DNA from: Acholeplasmataceae bacterium
Lineage (GTDB): Bacteria > Bacillota_I > Bacilli_A > Acholeplasmatales > Acholeplasmataceae
Direction: 5' to 3'
NCBI GenBank assembly: GCA_963667565.1
Contig: OY763415.1
Location: forward strand, 1,408,001-1,472,000
Length of the DNA stretch: 64,000 nt
Shown: positions 31,859 to 42,875 of the stretch, in pieces
Layout of the letters: every line of letters begins with the position of its first letter
Numbering within the stretch: the stretch's first letter is position 1
The notes under the pieces: model-generated
Database searches by the model: none
Seen by the model: only the letters and a program-made list of their open reading frames with translations
What the model was told of the DNA's origin: nothing
Program-made: the position numbers and the translations under genes

Positions 31859-32296
31859 TTAAATCACCTCTACAGTTCCACCAGCTTTAGTAATTGCTTC
31901 TTCAGCAGCTTTTGAAAATAAATTTGCTTTAACAGTTAATTTCTTTTCAAGTTCACCGTTTGCTAGTACTTTAACACCTGATTTTAAATCTTTAACTAAA
32001 TGTGCTGAAACTAATGTTTCAATAGTAACAACATCACCGTCATTAAACATATTTAAATCTTTTAAATTAACAATAGCATATTCTTTTCGGTTAAAATTCT
32101 TGAATCCGCGTTTTGGAAGTCTTTGGAAGAAAGGTAATTGTCCACCTTCGAATCCTGGTCTAGTCCCTCCGCCTGAACGGGCTTTTTGACCTTTTTGACC
32201 TTTACCGGAAGTTTTACCTAAACCGCTACCTGGACCACGACCAAGACGTTTTCTACTCTTGCGAGCACCTTCAACTGGTTTTAATTCATTTAACAT
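31859..32296 (-). CDS. rplO: 50S ribosomal protein L15
   Basis: [14 protein letters not shown]. Confidence 0.98.
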   Translation of the reverse strand: MLNELKPVEGARKSRKRLGRGPGSGLGKTSGKGQKGQKARSGGGTRPGFEGGQLPFFQRLPKRGFKNFNRKEYAIVNLKDLNMFNDGDVVTIETLVSAHLVKDLKSGVKVLANGELEKKLTVKANLFSKAAEEAITKAGGTVEVI

Positions 32297-32307
32297 GGTA
32301 TACCTCC

Positions 32308-32487
32308 TTACTCAACTTCTGTTACTGAAACTAGGTGAGCAATAGTTTTAATCATACCATTAACTGCATCATTTGTTTCTTTAACAACGACTGAATTTAT
32401 TTTTTTAAGACCTAATGCATGTGCTGTTTTAACTTGATTAGGTTTACGTCCTATAAGACTTCTTGTGAGTTTGATTTGTACTTTCAT
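32308..32487 (-). CDS. rpmD: 50S ribosomal protein L30
   Basis: [24 protein letters not shown]; operon position. Confidence 0.95.
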   Translation of the reverse strand: MKVQIKLTRSLIGRKPNQVKTAHALGLKKINSVVVKETNDAVNGMIKTIAHLVSVTEVE

Positions 32488-32488
32488 A

Positions 32489-32998
32489 TTATCCAAGCTC
32501 CGCTACATCGACACCACGTAATGCAGCAACTTGTTCAGCAGTTCTTAAAGATTTAAGACCTTCGAATGTTGCACGCACCATGTTGATTGGTGTTGAAGTT
32601 CCGATTGATTTAGATAAGATGTCATGAATACCAGCGAGTTCGAAAACAGCACGAACAGGACCACCAGCGATGACTCCAGTACCTTCTGATGCAGGTTTTA
32701 AGAATACTCTACCAGCACCATAAACACCTGTGACTTCATGAGGGATTGTTGATCCTACTGAAGGCACATCGATCATATTTGTTTTAGCATTTTCAATTGC
32801 TTTTTTAATTGCGTCAGGTACTTCAAGAGCTTTACCAGTTCCGAAACCTACTTGACCTTTTTTATTGCCGATTACTACAAGAGCTGCAAAACGGAAGCGA
32901 CGTCCACCTTTAACAACTTTAGTAACACGGTTAATTGAAACAACGCGTTCCTCAAATTGTTTTTCTTCTTGTTCTTTTTTGAATCTTTCTTTAGCCAT
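32489..32998 (-). CDS. rpsE: 30S ribosomal protein S5
   Basis: [22 protein letters not shown]. Confidence 0.98.
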   Translation of the reverse strand: MAKERFKKEQEEKQFEERVVSINRVTKVVKGGRRFRFAALVVIGNKKGQVGFGTGKALEVPDAIKKAIENAKTNMIDVPSVGSTIPHEVTGVYGAGRVFLKPASEGTGVIAGGPVRAVFELAGIHDILSKSIGTSTPINMVRATFEGLKSLRTAEQVAALRGVDVAELG

Positions 32999-33009
32999 AT
33001 GCTTCCTCC

Positions 33010-33363
33010 TTAGAACTCTAAGCCGGCGCTGCGAGCTGCATCAGCAAGTTCTTTAACACGTCCGTGATATAAATAACCACTACGATCAAATACTATTGTT
33101 TTGATACCACCAGCAATCGCCTTTTCAGCAATTAACTTACCAACTGCCTTAGCTGCTTCAATGTTTGAATGCTTAAGACCTAATTCTTGACTACGTGCAC
33201 TAAATAGTGTCGTTTGGTTAACATCATCAATTAATTGAGCATAAACTGCTGTATTCGAACGGTAAATGCTTAATCTAGGACGAAGAGCTGTACCATTAAC
33301 AATTTTACGAATACGGAGATGACGTTTTTGACGACTAACATTTTTTGATAATTTTTTAATCAT
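33010..33363 (-). CDS. rplR: 50S ribosomal protein L18
   Basis: [21 protein letters not shown]. Confidence 0.98.
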   Translation of the reverse strand: MIKKLSKNVSRQKRHLRIRKIVNGTALRPRLSIYRSNTAVYAQLIDDVNQTTLFSARSQELGLKHSNIEAAKAVGKLIAEKAIAGGIKTIVFDRSGYLYHGRVKELADAARSAGLEF

Positions 33364-33378
33364 TTATATCATCCTCTC

Positions 33379-33918
33379 TTATTTAGCAGTTTTACCAGCT
33401 TTACGTGGAACATATTCATCAACATAACGAATACCTTTTCCAAGATAAGGTTCTGGTTTCTTAACGCTTCTAATTTTTGCTGCAAATTCTCCAACAACTT
33501 GTTTATCTGCACCTGAAATAATAACTTGTGTATTTTTTGGAATTTCAACTGTTAATCCAGCAGGAATTTCTAAATTCACTGGATGAGAGAAACCCATACT
33601 TAGATTCACGACATTACCTTGTAATTGTGCACGGTAACCAACACCGCGAATCTCTAATTCTTTTTTGAATCCTTCACTTACACCTACAACCATATTGCTT
33701 AATAAAGCACGTGTAGTTCCATGAATTTTTCTTGAGAAGATATCATCATTAGGACGTTTAACTGTGATAGTTTGTCCTTCTAAAACGATATCGAGTGATT
33801 GATTGAATTGGAATTCAAGTTCACCTTTAGGACCTTTAACTACTACGTAGTTTTCAGGACTTACCGATACGGTAACACCAGCAGGAACTTGAATCACTTT
33901 ATTACCTATACGTGACAT
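33379..33918 (-). CDS. rplF: 50S ribosomal protein L6
   Basis: [20 protein letters not shown]. Confidence 0.98.
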   Translation of the reverse strand: MSRIGNKVIQVPAGVTVSVSPENYVVVKGPKGELEFQFNQSLDIVLEGQTITVKRPNDDIFSRKIHGTTRALLSNMVVGVSEGFKKELEIRGVGYRAQLQGNVVNLSMGFSHPVNLEIPAGLTVEIPKNTQVIISGADKQVVGEFAAKIRSVKKPEPYLGKGIRYVDEYVPRKAGKTAK

Positions 33919-33933
33919 ATTTTCCTCCTTATA

Positions 33934-34332
33934 TTACCATACGTACGCTAGCACTTCGCCACCAACTTGGGCTAAGCGTGCTTCGCGATCTGTCATGATA
34001 CCTTTTGATGTAGAGATTAAAGCAATCCCTAATCCATTTAAAACTTTTGGTAATTCATCTACTGATGTATATACTCGAAGTCCTGGTTTCGATATCCTTT
34101 TTAAACCTTTAATCACACGTTCTTTAGTTGAAGTGTATTTTAAAGTAACAACAATTTTACCTTGAACGCCATCTTTAGCGACAACATAATCGACAATAAA
34201 TCCTTCTTTCTTTAAAACTGCTAAAATATCAGCTTTAAGTCTAGAAGCAGGAATTTCGACTTTGTCATGACGCATTGAATTAGCGTTACGAATACGTGTT
34301 AACATATCCGCAATTGGATCAGTCATAACCAT
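33934..34332 (-). CDS. rpsH: 30S ribosomal protein S8
   Basis: [29 protein letters not shown]. Confidence 0.98.
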   Translation of the reverse strand: MVMTDPIADMLTRIRNANSMRHDKVEIPASRLKADILAVLKKEGFIVDYVVAKDGVQGKIVVTLKYTSTKERVIKGLKRISKPGLRVYTSVDELPKVLNGLGIALISTSKGIMTDREARLAQVGGEVLAYVW

Positions 34333-34347
34333 TTTTCTTCCTCCTTA

Positions 34348-34617
34348 TTACCAACTAGCTTTTTTGACACCAGGTAGTTCACCTTTGTGTGCCAATTCAC
34401 GAAATTTCAAACGTGATAAGCCAAACTTGCGCATATAGCCTCTTGGACGTCCATCGATAGAATCACGATTTCTTACTCTAGTTGCAGATGCATTTCTAGG
34501 TAATTTTTGAAGAGCTTCGTAATCGCCAGCTTCTTTTAACTGTGCAACTTTTTCTCTATATCGTTCAACTACGACTTTTCGTTTTTCGTTTTTAACGATT
34601 TTTGATTTTTTAGCCAT
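34348..34617 (-). CDS. rpsN: 30S ribosomal protein S14, 89-aa Zn-independent (C-) form
   Basis: [27 protein letters not shown]; no cysteines. Confidence 0.97.
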   Translation of the reverse strand: MAKKSKIVKNEKRKVVVERYREKVAQLKEAGDYEALQKLPRNASATRVRNRDSIDGRPRGYMRKFGLSRLKFRELAHKGELPGVKKASW

Positions 34618-34628
34618 GTTGCGCCTCC

Positions 34629-35168
34629 TTATTTCTTAAACGGCATACCTAAGCCACGTAATAATTCACGAGCTTCTTGGTCTGTGTTAGCCGTTGTTAC
34701 AATAACAATATCCATTCCGCGAACTTTTTTAACTTTATCCAAGCTAATTTCTGGGAAAATGATTTGTTCTTTAATACCTACTGTATAGTTTCCTCTACCA
34801 TCAAATGAATTTGCAGAGATACCTCTAAAGTCACGTACACGTGGAAGTGCAACAGCAATTAATTTTTCTAAGAAATAATACATTCTGTCGCCACGAAGTG
34901 TTACTTTAGCACCGATTGGCATACCTTCTCTTAATTTAAAGTTAGAAATTGAGTTTTTAGCTTTAGTAACAACTGGTTTTTGACCTGTTAATAATTCTAA
35001 TTCAGCAACTGCATCATCTAATACTTTAGGATTAAATACTGCATCACCTACACCCATATTTATAACAATTTTATCAATTTTTGGAACTTCCATAACAGAA
35101 GTATAATTGAATGCTTTAATAAGTTCAGGTCTAACAACGTTTTCGTATTTGTTTTGAATTACACTCAT
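34629..35168 (-). CDS. rplE: 50S ribosomal protein L5
   Basis: [25 protein letters not shown]. Confidence 0.98.
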   Translation of the reverse strand: MSVIQNKYENVVRPELIKAFNYTSVMEVPKIDKIVINMGVGDAVFNPKVLDDAVAELELLTGQKPVVTKAKNSISNFKLREGMPIGAKVTLRGDRMYYFLEKLIAVALPRVRDFRGISANSFDGRGNYTVGIKEQIIFPEISLDKVKKVRGMDIVIVTTANTDQEARELLRGLGMPFKK

Positions 35169-35179
35169 GTTAAACCTCC

Positions 35180-35560
35180 TTAGTTATCTAAGCTTTCGCC
35201 AGATTTTTTAGCGTAGCGCACTTTGATTGGTTTACCATTTTTATCTAATGTTAATTCACCGTTTTTATCTGTCTTGAATCTGTAACCAACACGTGTTGGA
35301 ACATTTTCTTTTGGATCAACAATCATCACATTTGAAACATGGATTGGTGCTTCTACTTCCATAATGCCGCCTTTGTCATTTTGGTTTTTAGGTCTTTCAT
35401 GTTTTTTAACAATGTTAACACCTTCAACTAAAACTCTATTTGTTTTAGGATACACTTTTAAGACGCGACCTGTCTTACGAGTTTTGACTCCTTTTTTATC
35501 AGTTACGAATTGATCATGTCCAGCAATCACTGCAACTGTATCTCCAGATTTAATATACAT
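35180..35560 (-). CDS. rplX: 50S ribosomal protein L24 (with insertions)
   Basis: [23 protein letters not shown]. Confidence 0.96.
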   Translation of the reverse strand: MYIKSGDTVAVIAGHDQFVTDKKGVKTRKTGRVLKVYPKTNRVLVEGVNIVKKHERPKNQNDKGGIMEVEAPIHVSNVMIVDPKENVPTRVGYRFKTDKNGELTLDKNGKPIKVRYAKKSGESLDN

Positions 35561-35572
35561 AGACTGACCTCC

Positions 35573-35941
35573 TTATAACACTTCTGGAGCTAGAGATACG
35601 ATCTTCATGAAGTTCTTTTCTCTTAACTCTCTTGCCACTGGACCGAAAATACGAGTTCCACGTGGGTTTAAATCATCTTTAATAATAACTGCTGCATTTT
35701 CATCAAATTTGATGTATGAGCCATCGGCACGACGAAGACCTCTTGTTGTTCTAACGATAACTGCTTTTAATACATCACCTTTTTTAACCATACCGGCTGG
35801 TGCTGCTTTTTTAACAGTTACAACAACAACGTCTCCAATATTAGCATAACGACGACGAGTACCACCTAATACTTTGATGACAAGCACTTCTTTAGCACCT
35901 GTGTTATCAGCAACAGCCATACGGCTTTCTTGTTGTATCAT
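35573..35941 (-). CDS. rplN: 50S ribosomal protein L14
   Basis: [27 protein letters not shown]. Confidence 0.98.
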   Translation of the reverse strand: MIQQESRMAVADNTGAKEVLVIKVLGGTRRRYANIGDVVVVTVKKAAPAGMVKKGDVLKAVIVRTTRGLRRADGSYIKFDENAAVIIKDDLNPRGTRIFGPVARELREKNFMKIVSLAPEVL

Positions 35942-35954
35942 TGTTTCGCCCTCC

Positions 35955-36215
35955 TTACACTAAATCAGATTTAGCAATAACTTCTAAAAGACGGAATCTT
36001 TTAGTTTTTGATAGTGGTCTTGTTTCCATAATAGTCACAGTATCACCAATACCTGCTAAACCTTCTTCATCATGCACATGAAATTTTTTAGTTGCCTTTA
36101 TATTTTTACCATATAAAGGAGATTTCTTGTATGTGTCTACAACCACGGTAATCGTTTTATCCATTTTGTCAGATACAACTGTTCCCGTATATACTTTTCT
36201 TTGTTTACGTTCCAT
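35955..36215 (-). CDS. rpsQ: 30S ribosomal protein S17
   Basis: [19 protein letters not shown]; start at ATG 36215 after AGGAGG. Confidence 0.97.
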   Translation of the reverse strand: MERKQRKVYTGTVVSDKMDKTITVVVDTYKKSPLYGKNIKATKKFHVHDEEGLAGIGDTVTIMETRPLSKTKRFRLLEVIAKSDLV

Positions 36216-36225
36216 GGTATCCTCC

Positions 36226-36414
36226 TTATTCTGTACGTTCACTGATGATTGTCTTCATTTGCGCAATCGTCTTCTTAACTTGACTAATTCGAGCTGTATT
36301 TTCAAGTTGACCTACAGCAAGTTGAAAGCGTAAGTTAAATAACTCTTTTTTAAGCTCGATAATACGTTTTTCTAAATCAGCTGTTGTTGCTTTTCTGATT
36401 TCTACTGCTTTCAC
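36226..36414 (-). CDS. rpmC: 50S ribosomal protein L29
   Basis: [13 protein letters not shown]; operon position. Confidence 0.96.
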   Translation of the reverse strand: MKAVEIRKATTADLEKRIIELKKELFNLRFQLAVGQLENTARISQVKKTIAQMKTIISERTE

Positions 36415-36827
36415 GCTTGCTCACCTCTTTTTACAATTTTACATTTAATCGGTAATTTATGAGATGCAAGGCGAAGTGCTTCTCTTGCAATTTCTTCTGA
36501 AACACCATTGATTTCAAACATAATTTTACCTTCTTTAACTACAGCCACCCAGTGGTCTGGAGCTCCTTTACCAGAACCCATACGCACTTCAAGTGGTTTC
36601 TTAGTTTTGGCTAAGTGAGGGAAGATATTAATCCATACTTTCCCTAATCTTTTCATATGTCTAGTCATTGCAATTCTGGCTGCTTCGATTTGACGGTTTG
36701 TAATCCATGCACCTTCTTGAGCAATAAGTGCAAAATCACCGTTCAAAATTTCATTTCTACCTTTTGCTTTACCTTCATAACTTACACGATGAGGACGACG
36801 ATATTTCGTTCTTTTTGGCATTAACAT
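36411..36827 (-). CDS. rplP: 50S ribosomal protein L16
   Basis: [16 protein letters not shown]. Confidence 0.98.
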   Translation of the reverse strand: MLMPKRTKYRRPHRVSYEGKAKGRNEILNGDFALIAQEGAWITNRQIEAARIAMTRHMKRLGKVWINIFPHLAKTKKPLEVRMGSGKGAPDHWVAVVKEGKIMFEINGVSEEIAREALRLASHKLPIKCKIVKRGEQA

Positions 36828-36829
36828 AA

Positions 36830-37585
36830 TTAGTTGCCTCCCTTATCGTTGTTATTTCTACGATTACGTCTTGGCGCATTACCTCTATTATTGTTGTTGT
36901 TTCTTTCGAATTGCTTCTTAAGATTTTCTTCTCTTGTTTGTCCAGGTAATACTTCACCGTTGTAGATCCATACTTTGATACCTAAGATACCATATGTTGT
37001 ATGAGCTTCAGCAGTTGCATAATCGATGTCTGCACGAAGTGTATGTAGAGGAACTTGTCCTTCTGAATAACCTTCGCTTCTTGCCATTTCAGCACCACCT
37101 AAACGTCCTGAAACTAAAGTTCTTGCACCTTTAGCACCAGATTTAAGAGCTCTTGAAATAGCGATTTTTTGAACACGTCTGAATGATGCACGGTTTTCTA
37201 ATTGTTGTGCAATACTTTGTGCAACTAATGTTGCAACGCGTTCTGGTCTTTGTACTTCAACTACGTTGAATACGATTTCTTTAGCTGTTAATTTTTCTAA
37301 TTTTTCAACAACTTCTTTTTTAGTTACTGCATCGCGTCCGATAACAACACCTGGTTTAGCAGTGTGTAATGTGATTTTGACTCTGTCTTTACCACCTTTA
37401 CCTTTAACGCGTTCGATTTCAACGTGAGAAACAGCAGCATTTTTGTAATAGTCATTAAGGAATTTGCGGATTTGTGCATCTTCTTTTACAAGTATTGGTA
37501 CTAAGTTTTTATCTGCATACCATCTTGAGTCCCAATTACGGATGATGCCAACACGCATACCTACTGGATTAACTTTTTGTCCCAT
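36830..37585 (-). CDS. rpsC: 30S ribosomal protein S3
   Basis: [28 protein letters not shown]. Confidence 0.98.
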   Translation of the reverse strand: MGQKVNPVGMRVGIIRNWDSRWYADKNLVPILVKEDAQIRKFLNDYYKNAAVSHVEIERVKGKGGKDRVKITLHTAKPGVVIGRDAVTKKEVVEKLEKLTAKEIVFNVVEVQRPERVATLVAQSIAQQLENRASFRRVQKIAISRALKSGAKGARTLVSGRLGGAEMARSEGYSEGQVPLHTLRADIDYATAEAHTTYGILGIKVWIYNGEVLPGQTREENLKKQFERNNNNNRGNAPRRNRRNNNDKGGN

Positions 37586-37597
37586 GTTCGCTCACCT

Positions 37598-37933
37598 CTA
37601 CTCTTTCTCAGCCACAACTACAGTGATGTGGCTTGTTCTTTTTTGAATGATGTCGCCTTGACCTTTTGCACGTGGCAATAATCTCTTTAAGCGAGCACCT
37701 TCATTAACAAATATTTCTTTAACAAATAAATCATCAACGTTTAAGTTTAGATTATTTTCTGCATTTGCAATCGCACTATTTAACACTTTAGCAATAATTG
37801 GTGAGGCAGCACGTGGTGTAAACATTAAAATAGCTTGAGCTTCTTTAACATTCTTACCGCGAACTAGATCAGCAACTAATCTTGCTTTACGTGGTGCAAT
37901 GCGAACTGTTCTAACAATAGCTTTTGCTTCCAT
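37598..37933 (-). CDS. rplV: 50S ribosomal protein L22
   Basis: [26 protein letters not shown]. Confidence 0.98.
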   Translation of the reverse strand: MEAKAIVRTVRIAPRKARLVADLVRGKNVKEAQAILMFTPRAASPIIAKVLNSAIANAENNLNLNVDDLFVKEIFVNEGARLKRLLPRAKGQGDIIQKRTSHITVVVAEKE

Positions 37934-37947
37934 GTGATCTCCTCCAA

Positions 37948-38229
37948 TTATTTCTTCTTAGCTTTTTTATCGTCTTTACCATGTCCATGGTAAGTACGTG
38001 TTGGTGCAAATTCACCGAATTTGTGTCCAACCATATCTTCTGTCACATATACAGGTACATGTGATTTTCCGTTATAAACTGCGACTGTGTGTCCAACGAA
38101 ATCTGGGAAAATTGTTGAACGACGTGACCATGTTTGAATCACTTTCTTTTCATTGGCAGCATTTTGTTTTTGCACTTTAGTCAATAAGTGTAAATCACAG
38201 AATGGGCCTTTTTTAATTGAACGTGCCAT
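37948..38229 (-). CDS. rpsS: 30S ribosomal protein S19
   Basis: [21 protein letters not shown]. Confidence 0.98.
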   Translation of the reverse strand: MARSIKKGPFCDLHLLTKVQKQNAANEKKVIQTWSRRSTIFPDFVGHTVAVYNGKSHVPVYVTEDMVGHKFGEFAPTRTYHGHGKDDKKAKKK

Positions 38230-38239
38230 AAATTTCCTC

Positions 38240-39070
38240 CTACTTCGTACGGCGTCTGATGATTAAATCATTTGACGCTTTCTTAGAATCACGAGTCTTA
38301 ACACCACGAGCTTTTTTGCCCCATGGAGTCATTGGTGATTTTCTACCAATTGGTGTTCTACCTTCACCACCACCGTGTGGGTGATCATTAGGGTTCATAA
38401 CAGAACCTCTAACTGTTGGTTTAATACCCATGTGTCTAGTTCTACCAGCTTTACCGATATTAACTAATTCCCATGATTCATTACCAACAATACCTACAGT
38501 AGCGCGGCAAGTGCCTAAGATTTTTCTAACTTCGCTTGATTGTAAGCGAACTAATACATATTTTTCTTCACGACCTAGAATTTGAGCAGATGCACCAGCG
38601 CTACGTGCGATTTGTCCACCTTTACCTGGGCTTAATTCAATGTTGTGAACTGTAGTACCCACAGGGATACTCATAATTGGCATTGCATTACCAACTTTAA
38701 TATCTACTTGTTGACCTGAAACAATTTCCATGCCAACTTCTAATCCTTTAGGTGCTAAGATATATCTCTTTTCACCATCTGCGTAATGGATAAGAGCAAT
38801 ATTTGCAGTACGATTTGGATCGTACTCGATTGTAGCAACTTTACCTACGATATTGTCTTTATTACGTTTAAAATCAATTACACGATATTTTCTTTTAGCT
38901 CCACCACCGATATGTCTAACAGTGATTTTACCTTGGGCATTTCTACCGCCCGATTTAGAAAATGGCTCAAGTAGTGATTTTTCAGGAGTAGATGTTGTAA
39001 TTTCTTCGAATGTTAACACACTCATGTTACGACGTCCATTAGTCGTCGGTTTGTATTTTTTAACCGCCAT
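38240..39070 (-). CDS. rplB: 50S ribosomal protein L2
   Basis: [22 protein letters not shown]. Confidence 0.98.
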   Translation of the reverse strand: MAVKKYKPTTNGRRNMSVLTFEEITTSTPEKSLLEPFSKSGGRNAQGKITVRHIGGGAKRKYRVIDFKRNKDNIVGKVATIEYDPNRTANIALIHYADGEKRYILAPKGLEVGMEIVSGQQVDIKVGNAMPIMSIPVGTTVHNIELSPGKGGQIARSAGASAQILGREEKYVLVRLQSSEVRKILGTCRATVGIVGNESWELVNIGKAGRTRHMGIKPTVRGSVMNPNDHPHGGGEGRTPIGRKSPMTPWGKKARGVKTRDSKKASNDLIIRRRTK

Positions 39071-39098
39071 TTTGGTTAAACCTCCTATATATTTTCAC

Positions 39099-39386
39099 TT
39101 ATACTGTGAAAGCTTCGATTTTTTGTCCTTCTGGAAGTTGGACAACAGCTTTCTTATATGCAGATTTAAGACCTTCATATTTACCAACTTTTTTAGCTTT
39201 TGGTAATACGTTAACTGTATTTATTTTTAATACGTTAACACCGAAGATAGCTTCAATCGCTTTTTTAATTTCTACTTTGTTTGCTTTTCTATCAACTTTG
39301 AAAGTGTATTTATTTTGACCTTCAATTAACTTCATTGATTGTTCTGTAATCACTGGAGCTTTGATAATTTCATAATACTTAGTCAT
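39099..39386 (-). CDS. rplW: 50S ribosomal protein L23
   Basis: APVITE, ANKVEIKKAIE, KKAVV. Confidence 0.97.
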   Translation of the reverse strand: MTKYYEIIKAPVITEQSMKLIEGQNKYTFKVDRKANKVEIKKAIEAIFGVNVLKINTVNVLPKAKKVGKYEGLKSAYKKAVVQLPEGQKIEAFTV

Positions 39387-40008
39387 TGTTTAGTACCTCC
39401 TCTAAAGTTGCAACTGCATCTTTAGTAAGAATTAAGTTTTTACAATTAAGTAAATCATAAACACTTACATGACTTGCAGAAGCTAATGCAACTGTTGGGA
39501 TGTTTCTTGAAGCTAACACTAAATTGTCATCAAATGTTTTTGAAACAACTAATGCTTTACCTTCAACACCTAATCCAGCTAAGAAATCAGCAAATAACTT
39601 TGTTTTTGGTTCTGCTAATTCGATTGCATCAACAACTTTTAATTGTCCTTGTGCTAATTGATAAGATAATGCAGATCTAAAAGCAAGTTGTCTTACTTTT
39701 TGATTTAATTTAACTGCATAACTTCTTGGTGTTGGACCGAATACAACACCACCGTGTCTCCATTGTGGAGAACGTGTAGAACCTTGACGCGCACGTCCAG
39801 TTCCTTTTTGACGCCATGGTTTTCTCCCACCACCTGAAACTTCACCACGATTTTTAACATCATGTGTACCTTGTCTCATTGCAGCTCTTTGTGCATTGAC
39901 TACATCAAATAGAGCTTGTTGGTGTGGATTGATTCCAAAGACGAAATCTGATAACGCTAAGTCGGCAACTTTTTTACCAGATTGATTTAATATATCTACT
40001 TTTGGCAT
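39379..40008 (-). CDS. rplD: 50S ribosomal protein L4
   Basis: KPWRQKGTGRARQG, GGVVFGP. Confidence 0.98.
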   Translation of the reverse strand: MPKVDILNQSGKKVADLALSDFVFGINPHQQALFDVVNAQRAAMRQGTHDVKNRGEVSGGGRKPWRQKGTGRARQGSTRSPQWRHGGVVFGPTPRSYAVKLNQKVRQLAFRSALSYQLAQGQLKVVDAIELAEPKTKLFADFLAGLGVEGKALVVSKTFDDNLVLASRNIPTVALASASHVSVYDLLNCKNLILTKDAVATLEEVLNND

Positions 40009-40025
40009 GTTTAAGTTCCTCCTTA

Positions 40026-40664
40026 TTAGTTTACTTTAACAGCAGATTTCACAATGACTAAACCTTTGTTTGGTCCTGGAACGCTACCGCTAATTAATAA
40101 CAATTGATTTTCTACATCAACTTTCACAACTTTTAAATTTTGAATTGTGATTTGTTCATGTCCCATATGTCCTGGAAGGTTTTTACCTTTCATGTTACCT
40201 TTAATTGGTCCCATTGAACCTGGACGACGATGATATCTAGAACCATGCGCCATAGGTCCACGACTTTGGTTGTGTCGCTTGATACTACCTGCGAAACCTT
40301 TACCTTTTGATGTACCAGTGACATCAACTGTTTCGCCGTCTTTAAATAAATCTATGCTGACAGGGGCACCTACCGCTAAGTCTGTTAATTCATTTCCTAG
40401 CTCTTCTTTAAAGCGGATTTCTTTAACGAAGCGCTTAGGTGCTGTTTCAGCTTTTGCAACATGTCCCATTTCAGGTTTGTTGCTTAATTTTTCTCTTTTA
40501 GTTTCGAAACCAACTTGTGTAGCTACATAACCATCTGTTTCAACAGTTTTTTGTTGTAGCACCACATTATCAGCCACGTCTACTAGAGTTACTGGAACTA
40601 ACTTACCATTTTCATCGAAAATTTGAGTCATTCCAACTTTTCTACCTAAGATTCCTTTGGCCAT
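40026..40664 (-). CDS. rplC: 50S ribosomal protein L3
   Basis: [27 protein letters not shown]. Confidence 0.98.
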   Translation of the reverse strand: MAKGILGRKVGMTQIFDENGKLVPVTLVDVADNVVLQQKTVETDGYVATQVGFETKREKLSNKPEMGHVAKAETAPKRFVKEIRFKEELGNELTDLAVGAPVSIDLFKDGETVDVTGTSKGKGFAGSIKRHNQSRGPMAHGSRYHRRPGSMGPIKGNMKGKNLPGHMGHEQITIQNLKVVKVDVENQLLLISGSVPGPNKGLVIVKSAVKVN

Positions 40665-40685
40665 AACCTGTTACCTCTTTCTTAA

Positions 40686-40994
40686 TTATTTTTTAAGTAC
40701 AATGTCGATACCTGATGGTAAATCGATATCCATTAATGCACTGATTGTTTTTGGGTTTGGATCAATAATTTGGATTAAACGTTTGTGAGTTCTTCTTTCA
40801 AATTGTTCACGTGAATCTTTATTAACGTGAGGTGAACGAAGAATTGTGAATACTTCTTTTTGAGTTGGAAGTGGAATTGGACCTTGTACAGTTGCACCAG
40901 TTCTTAATGCACTTTCAACAATTTTCTTAGCAGCATCATCGATTAATCTGTGATCGTAAGCCTTTAAACGAATTTTAATTACATCTTTTGCCAT
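40686..40994 (-). CDS. rpsJ: 30S ribosomal protein S10
   Basis: [21 protein letters not shown]. Confidence 0.98.
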   Translation of the reverse strand: MAKDVIKIRLKAYDHRLIDDAAKKIVESALRTGATVQGPIPLPTQKEVFTILRSPHVNKDSREQFERRTHKRLIQIIDPNPKTISALMDIDLPSGIDIVLKK

Positions 40995-41004
40995 TTTTTA
41001 AGCT

Positions 41005-41122
41005 CCTTTCGCCTATATTCATGTTATAGACTTGCTCCATGGAAAAACCTAACATCATAGACAACGGCTATCCGCGTGTCAGCAACCTTCCATTTCACAG
41101 CCTTACCGTGTTTACACACGAG
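41005..41122 (-). promoter_or_regulatory. S10 operon 5' leader (Firmicutes-type conserved leader)
   Basis: GAAGGTTGCTGACAC...GGTTTTTCCATGGAG..GTCTA resembles the conserved Bacillus rpsJ leader as I recall it; GC-richer than flanks. Confidence 0.7.
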
Positions 41123-41129
41123 CGTTATT

Positions 41130-41158
41130 ATTATATATGAAAAGAGATAGAAAAGCAA
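41130..41158 (-). promoter_or_regulatory. S10 operon promoter
   Basis: TTGCTT-17 nt-TATAAT. Confidence 0.7.
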
Positions 41159-41185
41159 CCTTTTTCTACCTCTTTTTGTATATTT

Positions 41186-42850
41186 TTAATCTTTTTTTTC
41201 TTTGTCTTTTTCTTTAGCTTTTTTGGCTTCTCTTCGCTTTTGAGCAACTCCGACATATCTACCTCTAGTAGCTTCATGATTAGAGACCAATTTTTCTGCT
41301 AATCTAATTTGTGATAAGGGTATGATAAACTGAGTGAATCCCATATTAATGAGTTTTTGAAATAATCTCTCGTTTCTAATCATATTGCCAGAAATCATGT
41401 GTGGAAGTCTAATTCCAGTTCTCCTCATATGCTGATGAGACTGCTGTATATATGTAAACAGTTCATGCTCAAAATCAGGCCATTCCAATTCATCATATCG
41501 ATTAAAATCAAAGGAAACTTCTTCAATTAAATCATTTAGACCTATGATATTAAAATCCATTTTCTTTACATATTTTTCTATTTTATCGACTGAGTTTTCT
41601 GACTCAAGCATGATACCAAATTTCGGTTTATATTCGTTAGGTATCTTCTCAAAAATAAAATCTAGCTTTTCTTTCCATAAAGGAATATCTCGTTCATCTC
41701 TAATCATCGGAGCAACAACATTTACTGTCGCTTTAGTTTGTATTATAGCATCTACTAAAGCCTCAAAAAACACTTCATAAATAATGGTTCTACTCCCATT
41801 TTCGGTGATGGATGTTTTTACATAACTTAAATAATTTAAGTGCTTAAATTCTCCAAAATCAGGAATTCTAACATTAACTTCTCTATACACAAACGCGTTA
41901 AAAACCTTAACAAATACATCGGTAAGTTCTTCTTTGAACGGTACCATACCTTTGGTCATAAAAAAGTATTCTGTTCTAAATAATCCTAAAGAGTAGTAAA
42001 ATTGTCTGTTCCTAACTGATTCGAGAGGTCTTGTATCTACAATATTAGCAAATATTTTTAATTGTTTCATGCCATATTTAGACAGTTCAAATCGACTTAT
42101 TGTAGCTCCGTCGACTTCTTTTATATATTGATCATAGAGTTCTTTGCTTGGCTTTATATACAAATGGTTGCGTTTATTATCAATAATAATTTTATCACCA
42201 TTTTGTATATACTCTTGTGATTTAACCATTGGAATTTCAAATGCGTGAGCAAACTCTACAACTTCATTTGGGTTATTAACATTTCTAATCACTAGTCCCT
42301 TAACATAAGGTGACAATTGATAAAAATATTCTTCATGAAATTCTTCTGTGACGACAATAATAGGCTCCTCATATTTAGAAATTTGATCCATAAATAAAAC
42401 TCTTTTAATCAGTTTTTTAATGGGATATTCAAACTCATCTATGAGCTCATCTGCTTTGGCACATGATTCTGGAAGTATATAAGTAGTTACAATGCCCTCT
42501 TTTAACCTCACGCGCGCTTCTTTAAGTGCTAAATCATACAATTTTAAGAAGGAAATCTTTTTTTTCTTTCTTATATCCATCATGATATAGTCAAAATACC
42601 ATATCCAAAATACTGTTTGCATGGCATCAGTTACTCTTTTATAATGCCACTCAGATCCCTCTGCTTCTTGGATTCGATAAAACGAATCAAAAAACCCCAA
42701 TACTGTTCTTTGAATCTTAATAATCAATGCATCTATATGTTCATGTTTAACATATTTATAATCTTTATTAGGATCAAAGATAACTGCTTTTCCATAAGCA
42801 GCGTGCTCAAAAAAAGTATCTTTTTCATACTTGTATGAACTGTAAATCAT
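41186..42850 (-). CDS. degenerate PTS Enzyme I-like (PEP-binding) protein
   Basis: Collinear EI motifs: AYGKA, VKGL..EIPMV, NGDKIIID, FANI, GLFRTEYFFM, VRIPD, GIMLES, GLNDL; phospho-His and catalytic Cys absent. Confidence 0.8.
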   Translation of the reverse strand: MIYSSYKYEKDTFFEHAAYGKAVIFDPNKDYKYVKHEHIDALIIKIQRTVLGFFDSFYRIQEAEGSEWHYKRVTDAMQTVFWIWYFDYIMMDIRKKKKISFLKLYDLALKEARVRLKEGIVTTYILPESCAKADELIDEFEYPIKKLIKRVLFMDQISKYEEPIIVVTEEFHEEYFYQLSPYVKGLVIRNVNNPNEVVEFAHAFEIPMVKSQEYIQNGDKIIIDNKRNHLYIKPSKELYDQYIKEVDGATISRFELSKYGMKQLKIFANIVDTRPLESVRNRQFYYSLGLFRTEYFFMTKGMVPFKEELTDVFVKVFNAFVYREVNVRIPDFGEFKHLNYLSYVKTSITENGSRTIIYEVFFEALVDAIIQTKATVNVVAPMIRDERDIPLWKEKLDFIFEKIPNEYKPKFGIMLESENSVDKIEKYVKKMDFNIIGLNDLIEEVSFDFNRYDELEWPDFEHELFTYIQQSHQHMRRTGIRLPHMISGNMIRNERLFQKLINMGFTQFIIPLSQIRLAEKLVSNHEATRGRYVGVAQKRREAKKAKEKDKEKKD

Positions 42851-42875
42851 ATATTTTATGAAATCGGTCTATGTT

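Noticed and set aside
40803..40818. TTCACGTGAA palindrome resembling parS
   Set aside because: Four mismatches to TGTTTCACGTGAAACA and explained by the conserved rpsJ SREQ codons
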